Below are positions 18,877 to 29,950 of a DNA stretch of 64,000 bases, piece by piece. A program made the translations under genes and the position numbers. The first letter of the stretch is position 1. Every line of letters starts with the position of its first letter. Location: NCBI GenBank assembly GCA_913045315.1, contig CAJWQJ010000004.1:4348-68347 (forward strand), read 5' to 3'. Under the pieces are notes generated by a model, which made no database searches, was not told the origin of the DNA, and worked only from the letters and a program-made list of their open reading frames with translations. This DNA is from an uncultured Chloroflexota bacterium. GTDB lineage: Bacteria; Chloroflexota; Dehalococcoidia; Lucifugimonadales; UBA1127.

Positions 18877-19599
18877 TCAAAAACCAGCTATACATCCTTG
18901 AATAAAATCTAAAATACGTGACTTGGCAAGTTCAACATGTTGACCACCCAAGATTTTTAACCCAAGATCAGATCCTGTATATACTTCCAAAATTCGTGGT
19001 GAAAGTGCCAAATCAAAAAGTTCAGCAGTTATTTCGAGATTATTTTCTCCCTCAGAAGTCAAAAACAAAGATGGAGTAGATAATTTGGAAGTTCCTACTT
19101 GAATTGTTTCTCCAGAATATTCAAGTAACGGTGAAATCATTACAACTCCTAATAGGTTTCGTTCAAATGACGTTTGAAAAGCTAATCCACCTCCCAGTCC
19201 TGAACCAATAAGTATAGGGGGAGTTGATGAATTTTGCTCAGCATAATCCAATGCAGATAAAATATCAGAGGAATAATCATTTATCCTAGAGTCATCTGAA
19301 TTTTCAATTTTTCTAAAATCAAAAGTTAGAACTCGAACATCAATTTTAGTTATTTCGTCAATTAACAAATCCAAGTGATTGGAGGATTCTTGATTCTTCT
19401 CTAATGGAGGAGTAATAACTACTATCACTTCGCCCTCACCAACAAGTCTTCCGTTCAACACAAAATTGTCATGGGTTGAAAATGTTACTCCATCTGGTCC
19501 TAAATCTTCCTCAACAACTGATTCAGATTGAGAATCACAAGAAATCATTAACACAAACAAACTTACAATGATGAAAAAGTAATAAGGGATTCGAAACAT
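18877..19599 (-). CDS. Predicted lipoprotein with an alpha/beta-hydrolase-like fold
   Basis: Signal peptide with lipobox LMISC. The nucleophile-elbow region reads LIGSGLGGGLA, i.e. Gly where the Ser of GxSxG is expected. Confidence 0.55.
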   Translation of the reverse strand: MFRIPYYFFIIVSLFVLMISCDSQSESVVEEDLGPDGVTFSTHDNFVLNGRLVGEGEVIVVITPPLEKNQESSNHLDLLIDEITKIDVRVLTFDFRKIENSDDSRINDYSSDILSALDYAEQNSSTPPILIGSGLGGGLAFQTSFERNLLGVVMISPLLEYSGETIQVGTSKLSTPSLFLTSEGENNLEITAELFDLALSPRILEVYTGSDLGLKILGGQHVELAKSRILDFIQGCIAGF

Positions 19600-19621
19600 T
19601 AAAATGCACCTGATCTTAGTT

Positions 19622-20188
19622 TCATAAAGAATTTTCTCCCGTAACTACTTCAAAATCCAATTCCCTATCTTGATATCTTGCAAGAATAAAAAGGACGTCA
19701 GCTAACCGATTCAAATAGATAATAATCTGATCGTTAAAAACTTGATTTTGTTGTTTTAGTGTTACAACACACCTTTCTGATCGCCGGATAATGCTTCGCC
19801 CTAAATCAATAGCTGCTGAAGTTGGAGAGGATCCTGGAACTATAAAATTAGGTGGGAGTTTTACAATTTCCATTAATTCATCTAATACTTTTTCAAGATT
19901 GATCACCATTTCTTTATTCACTGGAGAAAAATGTTCTAGAAATTTCTCATATGATTCTGATGAGGTTGCAAGCTCAGATCCAACTACAAAAAGTTCCTTT
20001 TGTAATTTCATAATTAATGTTTTAACAAATTCATCTGAAGTGTACGATCGAGCAAGACCCATAGCAGAAATGGCTTCATCTACTGCCCCATAAGCTTCAA
20101 CTCTTGGATCGTTTTTTGATACTCGTCCACCATATAAAAGACCAGTTTCACCTGAGTCACCCGTTCTGGTGTATAAGGTTACATCCAT
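19622..20188 (-). CDS. ATP:cob(I)alamin adenosyltransferase, PduO type
   Basis: YTRTGDSGETGLLYGGRVSKNDPRVEAYGAVDE is the typical PduO-type N-terminus. 188 aa. Confidence 0.8.
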   Translation of the reverse strand: MDVTLYTRTGDSGETGLLYGGRVSKNDPRVEAYGAVDEAISAMGLARSYTSDEFVKTLIMKLQKELFVVGSELATSSESYEKFLEHFSPVNKEMVINLEKVLDELMEIVKLPPNFIVPGSSPTSAAIDLGRSIIRRSERCVVTLKQQNQVFNDQIIIYLNRLADVLFILARYQDRELDFEVVTGENSL

Positions 20189-20256
20189 AAATTACTCCTG
20201 ACTAATTATACCACTAATCCATTAGAACAATTGTACAAAATAAATGTTCTATTAAT

Positions 20257-21054
20257 CTACAAAGAATCTAGGCTAATTTTAAGTTCTTGAAGAATTATTG
20301 GAAGTGCTTCAGCGGAAGGAGATCTTATGATTACATCACATAAGGTGCTCAATGAAGTATCAAGTGGATTTACTTCAATTAATTTTGCTCCCTGCCTTTT
20401 AGCAATTTCTGGAAATGATGCTGCAGGAAAAACTGTTCCGGAAGTACCAACCAGGAGCATAGCATCACATAAATTTACTTGATCATAACACGTAGAAAGC
20501 CATTGAGCAGGAATTGGCTCGCCAAACATCACGCCATCACCTTTTATCAATCCTCCGCATTCAGGGCAACGAGGAGGGTAATCATCTATAAGAAAATCAT
20601 CCCTGTTTACCCTTAACCCACATTCTATGCAACGAAGCTTATATCTATTACCATGAATTTCAACAACTTTTACATTTCCGGCACGAAAATGTAAATTATC
20701 AATATTCTGAGTAATGGTAAACTTAAGAATTCCAATTTCTTCCAATGTGGCTAAAGCGATATGGCCTGGATTAGGAACAGCAACTGCTAACGTTTTACGC
20801 ATTTCAGCACTCGGACCGTTTTCTTCGTTATCTCTTTCAATTTGGTTTAACCAATATTGATTAGGATCATTTAAAAATTCTTGAAACCCATTCATAGGAG
20901 GTTCACCATATTTCGTCCATATGCCACCTGGACCTCGGAAAGTTGGAATCCCACTTTCTTTTGACAGCCCTGCCCCCACTAAAACTATAAGATATTTAGA
21001 ATCTCTTATTATCGAAACCGCTTCGTCAACTTTATCTTTAAATTCGTCAACCAT
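20257..21054 (-). CDS. cobB: NAD-dependent protein deacylase, Sir2 family
   Basis: GAGLSKESGIPTFRG, TQNIDNLH, and the zinc ribbon CIECG...CPECGG. Confidence 0.8.
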   Translation of the reverse strand: MVDEFKDKVDEAVSIIRDSKYLIVLVGAGLSKESGIPTFRGPGGIWTKYGEPPMNGFQEFLNDPNQYWLNQIERDNEENGPSAEMRKTLAVAVPNPGHIALATLEEIGILKFTITQNIDNLHFRAGNVKVVEIHGNRYKLRCIECGLRVNRDDFLIDDYPPRCPECGGLIKGDGVMFGEPIPAQWLSTCYDQVNLCDAMLLVGTSGTVFPAASFPEIAKRQGAKLIEVNPLDTSLSTLCDVIIRSPSAEALPIILQELKISLDSL

Positions 21055-21084
21055 AATATATTCTCTTAATTAAATTTGACTTTG

Positions 21085-22236
21085 CTATATTGCACTTTGA
21101 GTGATAATTCGTCCATTTTTAATATTATAGACATCTGAAACATAACCCTTTAGATATTCAGTAATGGGAACTGCAGTTGTTAATATAACTTGATCATACT
21201 TAGAAACAGATAAAAGGACATCATTTCTTCGCACATCATCCAGTTCAGAAAGAATGTCATCTAATAAAATTATTGGAGGCTCATTCAATGACACACTCAT
21301 TAAATGAGCCTCAGCAAAACGAAGTGATAAAGCAACACATCTTATTTGCCCTCTAGATCCAAACCTTCCTGCATCAATACCATTGATATCAAATTTGATA
21401 TCATCACGGTGAGGACCAATAATAGACTGACCAACAGTTAATTCCTTTGTCCGTAAATCTTCTAGCATTTTTATGAATTTCTCTTTCAACTTTTCAATAT
21501 CCCCATTTTGAAATGGAAAACTAGGCAAATATGTCATAGTCATTGATTCATTTTCATTAGCAACTTCAGAATATTTATCAGTTGCTATCGAATTTAAAAA
21601 ATCAATTGCCCTACTCCGTGAGTTTATTATTGATGCTCCTTTCTCGACCATTTCCTTATCCCAAAAGTGTAATTCGTCTATTGTTCCTGAATGATCTCGT
21701 ATTCTTCTAAGAAGATGATTTCTCTGGTTAACAATTCTCTGATATCCCCTAAGGTTTCTGATATATGATGCATTTATTTGAGAAAGTAAAATATCTAAAT
21801 TTCGCCTTCTTGAAGATGGAGAACCTTGGATAATCTCTAAATCATCAACTGAAAAAAGTACCACTGGAATAGCACCTATGACATCAGCAGCAGATTTAGG
21901 AATACCATCTTCTCTAACTTGTTTACGAAAAATATCTCCATTTTGTGAAGGAGTAAGTGCCATATCAATTCTTACCTGTGAACCGGCACCATTACTTTTT
22001 ATTCCCTCACCTACAACTCTTGTAAAAACAGGCTGCCCTTTTGGACCCATAAGAAGCAAATCACGATCACGTTCAGCACGATTCGATTTCAATATTGACA
22101 ACATATAAATTGCTTCCAGAAAATTACTTTTCCCCTGAGCATTATTACCGTACATAACTGAAAGCCCAGAATTTAAAGGTAAATCAGTTTCCTCATAGTT
22201 TCGAAAATTACGTAATTGAATATTTTTTAAACGCAT
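21085..22236 (-). CDS. recF: DNA replication/repair protein RecF
   Basis: MRLKNIQLRNFRNYE...GNNAQGKSNFLEAI (Walker A) and LLDDILSELD (Walker B). Confidence 0.9.
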   Translation of the reverse strand: MRLKNIQLRNFRNYEETDLPLNSGLSVMYGNNAQGKSNFLEAIYMLSILKSNRAERDRDLLLMGPKGQPVFTRVVGEGIKSNGAGSQVRIDMALTPSQNGDIFRKQVREDGIPKSAADVIGAIPVVLFSVDDLEIIQGSPSSRRRNLDILLSQINASYIRNLRGYQRIVNQRNHLLRRIRDHSGTIDELHFWDKEMVEKGASIINSRSRAIDFLNSIATDKYSEVANENESMTMTYLPSFPFQNGDIEKLKEKFIKMLEDLRTKELTVGQSIIGPHRDDIKFDINGIDAGRFGSRGQIRCVALSLRFAEAHLMSVSLNEPPIILLDDILSELDDVRRNDVLLSVSKYDQVILTTAVPITEYLKGYVSDVYNIKNGRIITQSAI

Positions 22237-22368
22237 TTCAGGCTTCCAATTTTTCTCAATAGAAAACTAATGTACATTAATTATAACGATCATGCATTGT
22301 CCGAGTTGCAAATTATGATAAACTAGACAGTTGTGAATGCATTCATTTGGAATGCTAAGGAGAAAGCA

Positions 22369-22632
22369 ATGTCTGAGGGGAAATTATTTGCTAAGGTAGG
22401 AAAAGATCTTTCAAGATTAGAGATTGGTTGCGAACATCAAAGAGGAATTCTTTACGCAGTACCAAGTGAATTGTCTTGGGTTTGTAGTGATTCAAAACGA
22501 CACAATCATTCTCTAGCAGGATTTTTAAAAGAACTTATACATATTGACAATCCCCAAGTAAAAGAAGCAATGCAAAAGTGGGGATTATATTATAGGGAAT
22601 TGCCTTTAGAACAATCAGATGAAGAGGAATAA
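22369..22632 (+). CDS. Hypothetical protein (87 aa)
   Basis: ORF with AAGGAG 6 nt upstream of the ATG at 22369; the ORF-track GTG start at 22333 is less likely. No family recognised. Confidence 0.45.
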   Translation: MSEGKLFAKVGKDLSRLEIGCEHQRGILYAVPSELSWVCSDSKRHNHSLAGFLKELIHIDNPQVKEAMQKWGLYYRELPLEQSDEEE

Positions 22633-22710
22633 TTTCCAAATCAATAAGATTGTATGTTCAGTTGTTTTGAAACATAATAAGAAATCGATGATTCCACTCT
22701 GGAGGGGAAG

Positions 22711-24645
22711 TTGAACCGAAGAATGATGAAAAATAGTTTTGTATACTTCATAATTGCGATAGCAGCAATTGGCATGATATTCAGTATATTTCAACCTAAG
22801 TATGCTACTTCGGAAAAACCTATAAGTGATGTAGTCCAACTAGCAAAATTAGGAAAAGTATCAAGTATACAAGTCCAAAATGACAATCTAATTGTTTTCA
22901 CAAACAGTGGAGATATTTACAAGTCACGTAAAGAAGCTGGTTCAAGTCTTTTGGAAATATTTCAAAAAGCTGACATATCTCCTGCAGAACAAGGTATTGA
23001 AATAACTGTAAAAGGAAATAGTGGAGTAAGTAACTTTTTCGGTATACTTCTCAATTTCTTACCATTAATATTTTTTGGTGGATTATTACTTTTCATGATG
23101 AGACAGGCTCAAGGAGCTGGATCACAAACATTAAATTTTGGTAGAAGTAAAGCAAAGCCATTTACAAATACACAAAAACCTGTTTCGTTCTCAGACGTGG
23201 CTGGTGAAGAAGAAGCCAAAGAAGAATTAGAAGAGGTTGTTGGATTTCTCAAACAACCTGAAAAATTTGAAGCATTAGGAGCAAGAGTTCCAAGTGGAGT
23301 ACTGCTTGTAGGCCCTCCAGGTACAGGTAAAACTCTTTTGGCTCGTGCTGTTGCCGGAGAAGCGGGAGTTCCATTTTACTCAATAAGTGGATCAGAATTT
23401 GTTGAAATGTTTGTCGGGGTTGGGGCATCACGAGTTAGAGATTTATTCGATCAAGCCAAGCGAAGTGCCCCATGTATCATTTTTGTTGATGAAATAGATG
23501 CTGTCGGTCGCCACAGAGGAGCAGGACTAGGCGGAGGTCACGATGAGCGAGAGCAAACACTTAATCAAATATTGGTAGAAATGGACGGATTTGAAGTAGG
23601 AACCAATATTATTATACTCGCAGCAACAAACAGACCTGATATTTTAGATCCAGCCTTATTAAGACCAGGTCGCTTTGATAGGCGAGTTACATTAGATCTC
23701 CCTGATGTAAATGGACGACTCGACATCTTAAAAGTACACACAAAAAACAAACCTATGGATCCTTTAGTGGATTTAAATGAAACAGCAAAAGCTACCCCGG
23801 GATTTAGTGGTGCTGATTTAGCTAACTTGGTTAATGAAGCTGCAATATTAGCTGCACGATTAGATAAAAAAACATTTGGTCATAGTGAATTTGCCGAAGC
23901 AATAGACCGAGTTATTGGAGGACCTGAAAGAAAAAGTAGAGTAATATCAGTGCATGAAAAAGAATTGACAGCCTTTCATGAAGCTGGCCATGCTTTAGTA
24001 GGGAAATTATTACCTAATTCAGATCCAGTACAAAAAATTTCCATTGTTTCTAGAGGCTCTATGGGTGGATATACAAGATTTGTTCCTGAAGAAGATAGGC
24101 ATTTATGGACACGTGATCAATTTGTTGATCGAATTGCAGTTGCTATGGGAGGCCGAGTAGCTGAAGAAATTCGTTTCGGAGAAATCACAACTGGTGCAAG
24201 TAACGATTTAGAGCAAGCAACTCAAATTGCAAAACAAATGGTTACTCGATTTGGAATGAGCAGCAAATTAGGACCCAGAACATTCGGGAAACGAGAAGAG
24301 TTAGTGTTTTTAGGAAGAGAAATTTCAGAGCAAAAAGACTACAGTGATAGAATTGCTGAAGAAATTGACAATGAGGTTCATTTATTACTGCAAGGTGGCT
24401 ACAATACTGCCTACGAACTCTTAGAAAATAATAATAAAAAACTGCATCAAATAGCTGATTATCTTATCGCGAACGAGACAGTAGATGGCGAAGCATTATT
24501 AGCATTATTTGATTCAAAGGCACCAGCTGTGAAAAAATCTACTAAAACAAGATCCCAGAGTATACGAAAGCCCAGAAAGGGATCATCACAGAAGAAACCA
24601 ACCCCAGGAGCTGGAACTGGTACTGCGCCGGCTCCAGCCTCTTAA
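22711..24645 (+). CDS. ftsH: ATP-dependent zinc metalloprotease FtsH
   Basis: [24 protein letters not shown] and the HEAGHA zinc motif. N-terminal TM helices are present. The exact start (TTG 22711 versus ATG 22723/22726) is uncertain. Confidence 0.9.
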   Translation: MNRRMMKNSFVYFIIAIAAIGMIFSIFQPKYATSEKPISDVVQLAKLGKVSSIQVQNDNLIVFTNSGDIYKSRKEAGSSLLEIFQKADISPAEQGIEITVKGNSGVSNFFGILLNFLPLIFFGGLLLFMMRQAQGAGSQTLNFGRSKAKPFTNTQKPVSFSDVAGEEEAKEELEEVVGFLKQPEKFEALGARVPSGVLLVGPPGTGKTLLARAVAGEAGVPFYSISGSEFVEMFVGVGASRVRDLFDQAKRSAPCIIFVDEIDAVGRHRGAGLGGGHDEREQTLNQILVEMDGFEVGTNIIILAATNRPDILDPALLRPGRFDRRVTLDLPDVNGRLDILKVHTKNKPMDPLVDLNETAKATPGFSGADLANLVNEAAILAARLDKKTFGHSEFAEAIDRVIGGPERKSRVISVHEKELTAFHEAGHALVGKLLPNSDPVQKISIVSRGSMGGYTRFVPEEDRHLWTRDQFVDRIAVAMGGRVAEEIRFGEITTGASNDLEQATQIAKQMVTRFGMSSKLGPRTFGKREELVFLGREISEQKDYSDRIAEEIDNEVHLLLQGGYNTAYELLENNNKKLHQIADYLIANETVDGEALLALFDSKAPAVKKSTKTRSQSIRKPRKGSSQKKPTPGAGTGTAPAPAS

Positions 24646-24693
24646 CAATGAATTCCACGAGGAATTTCTACTGGTTTATTTAAAAATCTAACC

Positions 24694-25230
24694 CTAGGAG
24701 TTGAAATCATCCCGATCAGCATCTTCTAAACCGTCTGATTTAAATAGCTGTCCAACTTTATGATAGCCATTAGCTACACCTTCAATCATCTTAATGTGTC
24801 TTTCAGATGTCTGGCTTTTAACTCCTGCAGGAGCTCCAACAATGAAGGAATTTGGAGGAAAATCTGCTCTTTCAAGAACAACCGAACCGGCTGCTACAAC
24901 AGAGTGGTGTCTAATTACCGCATCACCATTTACAACAGCCCCATTCCCAAGTAGGCAATATTCTTCAACCGTAGTTGAGTGACAAATAACGTGATGCCCT
25001 AATGTTACGTAATCTCCAAATAATGCTGGCGCATCAGAATGAATAACACAATTATCTTGTATATTTACATACTTACCAATAGTAATTTTATGATGGTTTC
25101 CCCGAATAATTGTACCTGGCAATATACTTGATCCTTCACCAATTTCTACATCACCAACTACATACGCAGCTTCACTTACAAAAGCAGTGGGGTGAATTTT
25201 TGGCGTTTTCCCTCCCAAAGAACGAATCAT
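24694..25230 (-). CDS. Gamma-carbonic-anhydrase-family / hexapeptide-repeat protein
   Basis: KIHPTAFVSEAAYVVGDVEIGEGSSI...IRGN...ITIGKYVNIQDNCVIH is the typical left-handed beta-helix gamma-CA-like pattern. Confidence 0.75.
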   Translation of the reverse strand: MIRSLGGKTPKIHPTAFVSEAAYVVGDVEIGEGSSILPGTIIRGNHHKITIGKYVNIQDNCVIHSDAPALFGDYVTLGHHVICHSTTVEEYCLLGNGAVVNGDAVIRHHSVVAAGSVVLERADFPPNSFIVGAPAGVKSQTSERHIKMIEGVANGYHKVGQLFKSDGLEDADRDDFNS

Positions 25231-25457
25231 TTTTTCCCTCCTAATGTGTATAATTGTTTCAAATTTTTTATTAATCTACATAAAACTCCAGAACACCCAT
25301 AATATAGTGATGATAAGATGTGATCAATAAGAAGAAATTAATACCTTAATTATCTTCATCAAATCCCAATATCAGATTTATATGTAATAAAGAGTTTTTC
25401 ATCTCAACAAAATTTCTGTTAAACTGCCGAATAATTAATAAACACAGGGAGGGGATA

Positions 25458-26303
25458 ATGCCTGACGTATTATATGAAAAGAATTTGGAGGAACACTACG
25501 CAGTCTTTACATTTAACAGGCCAGAGCGTCTTAATGCCTTAGGAGGTAACCTTGTAAAGGACCTCAATGATGCTTTAATGGACTTCAATAATGATGTTGA
25601 AATGCGGGTCGGAATCGTAACTGGATCTGGACGAGCTTTCTCAGCTGGTGCTGATCTTAAGGAAATGTCTGATAGGAACACTGTCTCTTCAGAAATACAA
25701 GCTAAATTTGACTCAGGGGCAATCGATTCTCAGGAACGAACTCGACAGCTAACAGAAGCTGGTATTTTACGGGCTGGTGGACTTCGTAATACATTTCCTT
25801 TTTCTTCAAGTCCAAAGCCAATGATAGCAGCCGTCAACGGCTTGGCTATAGGTGGTGGCTGCGAACAAGCTATGGATTGTGATATAAGAATTGCATCAAC
25901 TGAGGCATTTTTTGGTCTGTTCGAAGTCAAAAGAGGCATCCTGGCTGGTTACGGAATACATCACGCTGCAAGAGTTATGCCATTCGGAGAAGCAATGTAT
26001 TTACTCTTGACAGCTGACAGACTTAGTGCTGAACAAGCACAAAAAATTGGATTTGTGCATGAAGTAGTTGAACCAGAAGCTCTACTTCCACGAGCGGTAG
26101 AAATAGCCAAGATGATCGCAGGGAATGCACCCGTGGCAGTTCAAGGCACAAAAGCAATGACTCAATTTTGGAGACAGTTTGCTATGGAAGAATCTCAACG
26201 ACTCGGTTCATGGGTATCACGTGCTGTTCAAAGTTCTGATGACGCAAAAGAAGGACCACGAGCATTTGCTGAAAAACGAGAACCAAATTGGAAAGGCAGA
26301 TAA
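25458..26303 (+). CDS. Enoyl-CoA hydratase/isomerase family protein
   Basis: FNRPERLNAL...GSGRAFSAGADL...NGLAIGGGCE. Confidence 0.8.
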   Translation: MPDVLYEKNLEEHYAVFTFNRPERLNALGGNLVKDLNDALMDFNNDVEMRVGIVTGSGRAFSAGADLKEMSDRNTVSSEIQAKFDSGAIDSQERTRQLTEAGILRAGGLRNTFPFSSSPKPMIAAVNGLAIGGGCEQAMDCDIRIASTEAFFGLFEVKRGILAGYGIHHAARVMPFGEAMYLLLTADRLSAEQAQKIGFVHEVVEPEALLPRAVEIAKMIAGNAPVAVQGTKAMTQFWRQFAMEESQRLGSWVSRAVQSSDDAKEGPRAFAEKREPNWKGR

Positions 26304-26311
26304 TATAAATT

Positions 26312-26354
26312 AAATTCCAGCATAGTAGAATATGTAATTACTATGCTGGAATTT
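26312..26354 (+). terminator. Strong 16-bp hairpin between the crotonase and CoA-transferase genes (possible terminator/attenuator)
   Basis: aaattccagcatagta / tactatgctggaattt with an 11-nt loop. There is no clear U-run on the plus strand, so its function is uncertain. Confidence 0.4.
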
Positions 26355-26381
26355 GAATATAACCATTCATGATAAAAAATT

Positions 26382-27638
26382 ATGCAAACAAAAACTTCTG
26401 ATAATCAGCCTTTAAATGATATAACAATACTCGATCTAACAAATGGTATCGCAGGACCATATTGCACAAAAATGCTTGCTGATTATGGTGCAAAGATTAT
26501 TAAGATTGAGCACCCATTAAGTGGAGATTTTAGTCGAAAAATAGGTCCATTTCCTGGAAATATAAGTAACCAAGAAAAAAGTGGCACATTTCTTCTGCTC
26601 AACAACAACAAACGAAGTGTTGGTCTGAATCTCAAATCTTCAGAAGGAAAATCAATCATTCACAAGCTGATTGCAAAATCAGATATGGTTATTGAAAGTT
26701 TCAGCCCTGGCGTGATGGAAAGATTAGAATTGGATTATTCAACACTATCGAAATCCTACCCTAAGCTCATAATGACATCGATATCAAATTTTGGTCAAAC
26801 CGGACCGTACGCAAATTACAAAGCTTCAGAATTGGTCTTTTTTGGCATGGGTGGAAGAATGCATAGTTCTGGTTTACCTGAACGAAATTCTGTTAAATTG
26901 GGTGGCAACCATGTTCAGTATCAGGCTGGAAATATGGCAGCTATGGCAACAATGTTTGCATTTTACGGTCTCACATACCAAAAAAATCAAGGACAACACG
27001 TAGATATATCTATCTTTGAATCCCAAATGGGATCAATGAATGCACGAATTTCTCAACTTGTTGCTTACCAGTATAATGGTGAAAAATCGAGCCGAGCAGT
27101 ATATGGTGCTGGTGGATTTCCATCAGGTTTTTATGAATGTAAAGATGGTTTCATAAATATTCAAGGAACTGGTTCATTCTGGCCACGCGTAACAGAAATG
27201 CTTGGAAGGCCCGATCTTAAAGATAATCCCTTATTTGCACCTCCTTTAGGTCAGTTAAATCCTGAGAGCAAGGAAGAATTCCTTTCGAGCATTTGGAACC
27301 CTTGGCTCTCTACTCGAACAAAGAACGAAGTTGTAGAAGAATGCCAGAAATTTGGAATCCCAACAGGGTCTGTAAATAATGTAAAAGAGGTAATGAATAA
27401 TAATCCTCAATTTGCTTACAGGGGATATTTCGGTACAATTGATCACCCAGTCGCAGGATCATTTAAATACCCCGGACCACATTTTGTCACTGAACAAAAC
27501 TGGTGGAAAATAAGAAATCACGCACCAACTCTAGGACAACATACAAATGAAGTTCTAAACGAATTAGGCTATTCTCCATTAACAATATTTGAATTAGCAC
27601 AAAAAGGTGTTATTTCAAATATTAGTAAGGAAAATTAA
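26382..27638 (+). CDS. Family III CoA-transferase (CaiB/BaiF family)
   Basis: PLNDITILDLTNGIAGPYCTKMLADYGAKIIKIE is the typical family III N-terminus. 418 aa. Confidence 0.8.
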   Translation: MQTKTSDNQPLNDITILDLTNGIAGPYCTKMLADYGAKIIKIEHPLSGDFSRKIGPFPGNISNQEKSGTFLLLNNNKRSVGLNLKSSEGKSIIHKLIAKSDMVIESFSPGVMERLELDYSTLSKSYPKLIMTSISNFGQTGPYANYKASELVFFGMGGRMHSSGLPERNSVKLGGNHVQYQAGNMAAMATMFAFYGLTYQKNQGQHVDISIFESQMGSMNARISQLVAYQYNGEKSSRAVYGAGGFPSGFYECKDGFINIQGTGSFWPRVTEMLGRPDLKDNPLFAPPLGQLNPESKEEFLSSIWNPWLSTRTKNEVVEECQKFGIPTGSVNNVKEVMNNNPQFAYRGYFGTIDHPVAGSFKYPGPHFVTEQNWWKIRNHAPTLGQHTNEVLNELGYSPLTIFELAQKGVISNISKEN

Positions 27639-28933
27639 TGTTTGCAAACTTACCATTAAATGGAATCCGAGTTCTAGATATAACTGTAGTTTGGGCAGGA
27701 CCATATTCAACAATGTTTCTTGGAGATATGGGTGCTGAAGTGATTCGAGTAGAATCAGTAAATATATTTCCTAGTGCTACGAGAGGAAGATTTGCACACC
27801 CAAGTAAGGAAGCTGAGAAAAAAGCCCCAACTTCCCTTTACCCCGATAGAGATCCTGGTGAAAGACCTTGGAACAGAAGTGCCCTTTTTAATGGTCATGC
27901 AAGAAATAAACTTTCAATGACAGCAGATCTTAAGACTGAAAAAGGAAAAGAGGCCTTTCGTCGTTTGGTAGAAATTAGTGATGTTTTCATAGAAAATAAT
28001 GCTCTGGGATCGATGGAGCGGCTTGGTTTAACATATGAAAATGTCCGATCTTGGAATCCAAAAATCATAATGGTATCTTCTACAGGCATGGGACAGACCG
28101 GTCCCTGGTCTCATTTTAGAGGTTTCGGTTCACATTTTGAAGCTTTATATGGTCATGCATCTGTTACCGGTTATCCAGATTTAGATGCCACAAACACTCC
28201 TGGGTCAGTAGCTGCTGATGCTGCAGCAGGAGTAGCTATTGCATTCGCAGTAGTTACAGCATTACATAATCGTAATAAAACTGGTCAGGGAGCATTTATC
28301 GATCTTTCTCAAGGAGAAAACTTTGTTCATCATCTTGGAGAATATTTCATGGACTTTTCTATGAATGGAACAATCAGCGAACCGACAGGGAATAGGAGCC
28401 CCTTGTACATTCAAGGATGCTACTCATGTATGGGTACGGATGAACAAATAATTATTTCTCTTGGATCTTTCGATGAATGGAAAACACTGTGCTCAATTAT
28501 GAATAAACCAGAACTATTAAATGATACGCGATTTAAATCAATGGAAACCCTCCATGAGCACCACGATGAAATCGACGACATTATCGGGAAATGGACATTT
28601 AATTTCGACCCGATAGAACTATTTCATACTTTGCAAAATTCAGGAATTGTATGCGGACCAGTAATGCACGAAGAACATGCATTCAATGACCCTCACTTAA
28701 AGGAGAGGGGATTTTTTGTTCCAATCACCCAAGAAGATGTTGGAACACATCTATATCCAGGGCAAGCATTTAAACTATCTGAAAATCCCTTCCAAGTCAG
28801 GAAGCCACCAGTACTTTTAGGTGAAGATAATGATTATGTATATCAAGAACTTCTCAATTTATCCTATGATGAATATCAAGCACTAAAGGAATTGGGCTAT
28901 GTGGCTATGGAATATGCTCCTCATGTACGATAA
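27638..28933 (+). CDS. Family III CoA-transferase (CaiB/BaiF family), second tandem paralog
   Basis: PLNGIRVLDITVVWAGPYSTMFLGDMGAEVIRVE. Its start overlaps the upstream stop by 1 nt (TAATG). Confidence 0.8.
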   Translation: MFANLPLNGIRVLDITVVWAGPYSTMFLGDMGAEVIRVESVNIFPSATRGRFAHPSKEAEKKAPTSLYPDRDPGERPWNRSALFNGHARNKLSMTADLKTEKGKEAFRRLVEISDVFIENNALGSMERLGLTYENVRSWNPKIIMVSSTGMGQTGPWSHFRGFGSHFEALYGHASVTGYPDLDATNTPGSVAADAAAGVAIAFAVVTALHNRNKTGQGAFIDLSQGENFVHHLGEYFMDFSMNGTISEPTGNRSPLYIQGCYSCMGTDEQIIISLGSFDEWKTLCSIMNKPELLNDTRFKSMETLHEHHDEIDDIIGKWTFNFDPIELFHTLQNSGIVCGPVMHEEHAFNDPHLKERGFFVPITQEDVGTHLYPGQAFKLSENPFQVRKPPVLLGEDNDYVYQELLNLSYDEYQALKELGYVAMEYAPHVR

Positions 28934-28935
28934 TT

Positions 28936-29763
28936 TTATCTACCAATAAATACAGGATCTCTCTTTTCTTTAAATGCTCTCACTCCCTCAGCACCATCTT
29001 CTGTCCCAAAACAGTAATTGACTCCTTCAGATTCAGAATTGATCCCTTCGGCAAATGACCAATGTGTACCATTATAAAATCCCCGTTTAGCAAGTGAAAA
29101 TCCTATTGGGGATCCTTTAGCAATAATCTTTGCTAGACCAAGAGCTTCATCTAATAATTGATCTGCTGAAACAACTTGAGTAACAACACCCATTTCTAAA
29201 GCTTCCTGGGCATCAATCGTCAAACCCTGAGAACCTTTTACTGCTAACTCAAAAGCCTTCTGAGTTCCAACAGCACGAGGAAGTAGATACGTCAATCCAC
29301 CATCAGGTTGAATACCACGTCGTAATTGGAATACACCAAACTTAGCTGCTTCAGAAGCAATCCGTATATCCGTTGATAGAGCCAACCCAAAACCAGCACC
29401 TACAGCATGACCATTAATTGCACCAATAAAAATTTTGTTAGAATTTCGAATAATATAGCTATAGTGAGTTTCTGATAAATCTTTAGTCCCTATCTCTGAA
29501 GCTCGTTTCTCTCGTTGAGCTCGATTTTCTTCTCCCACACTAAAACCACCCACATCACCACCCGAACAAAAAGCAGTTCCATTACCTGTAATAACAACAG
29601 CTCGAACTTCAGGATCTTGGTCAACTAATTTTGTATATTTGATCAATCCATCCCTTATTCCTGGAGTAAGAGCATTTCTTCGATCATGTCTATTTAATGT
29701 TATAATTCCTACGTTATCTTCAAGTCTAAATAAAACTTCCTCTTCTGACATATCAACCCCCAT
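28936..29763 (-). CDS. Enoyl-CoA hydratase/isomerase family protein
   Basis: ITLNRHDRRNAL...GNGTAFCSGGD...NGHAVGAGFG. Confidence 0.8.
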   Translation of the reverse strand: MGVDMSEEEVLFRLEDNVGIITLNRHDRRNALTPGIRDGLIKYTKLVDQDPEVRAVVITGNGTAFCSGGDVGGFSVGEENRAQREKRASEIGTKDLSETHYSYIIRNSNKIFIGAINGHAVGAGFGLALSTDIRIASEAAKFGVFQLRRGIQPDGGLTYLLPRAVGTQKAFELAVKGSQGLTIDAQEALEMGVVTQVVSADQLLDEALGLAKIIAKGSPIGFSLAKRGFYNGTHWSFAEGINSESEGVNYCFGTEDGAEGVRAFKEKRDPVFIGR

Positions 29764-29950
29764 TAAATATTATTTTTCTTTTATTCCTCTGATCACAATT
29801 AGTGTTATTTCCAGATAATCGCAAGATATACTATGATGCACCTTTCATCAAGTAGTAAATTATTATCAAAAGGATAGTGATTCAAGAAATGGGAAAATTA
29901 TCTAACTGACCACATATTCAATATATTGAAACAAAGTTTTTGAAAAAATA

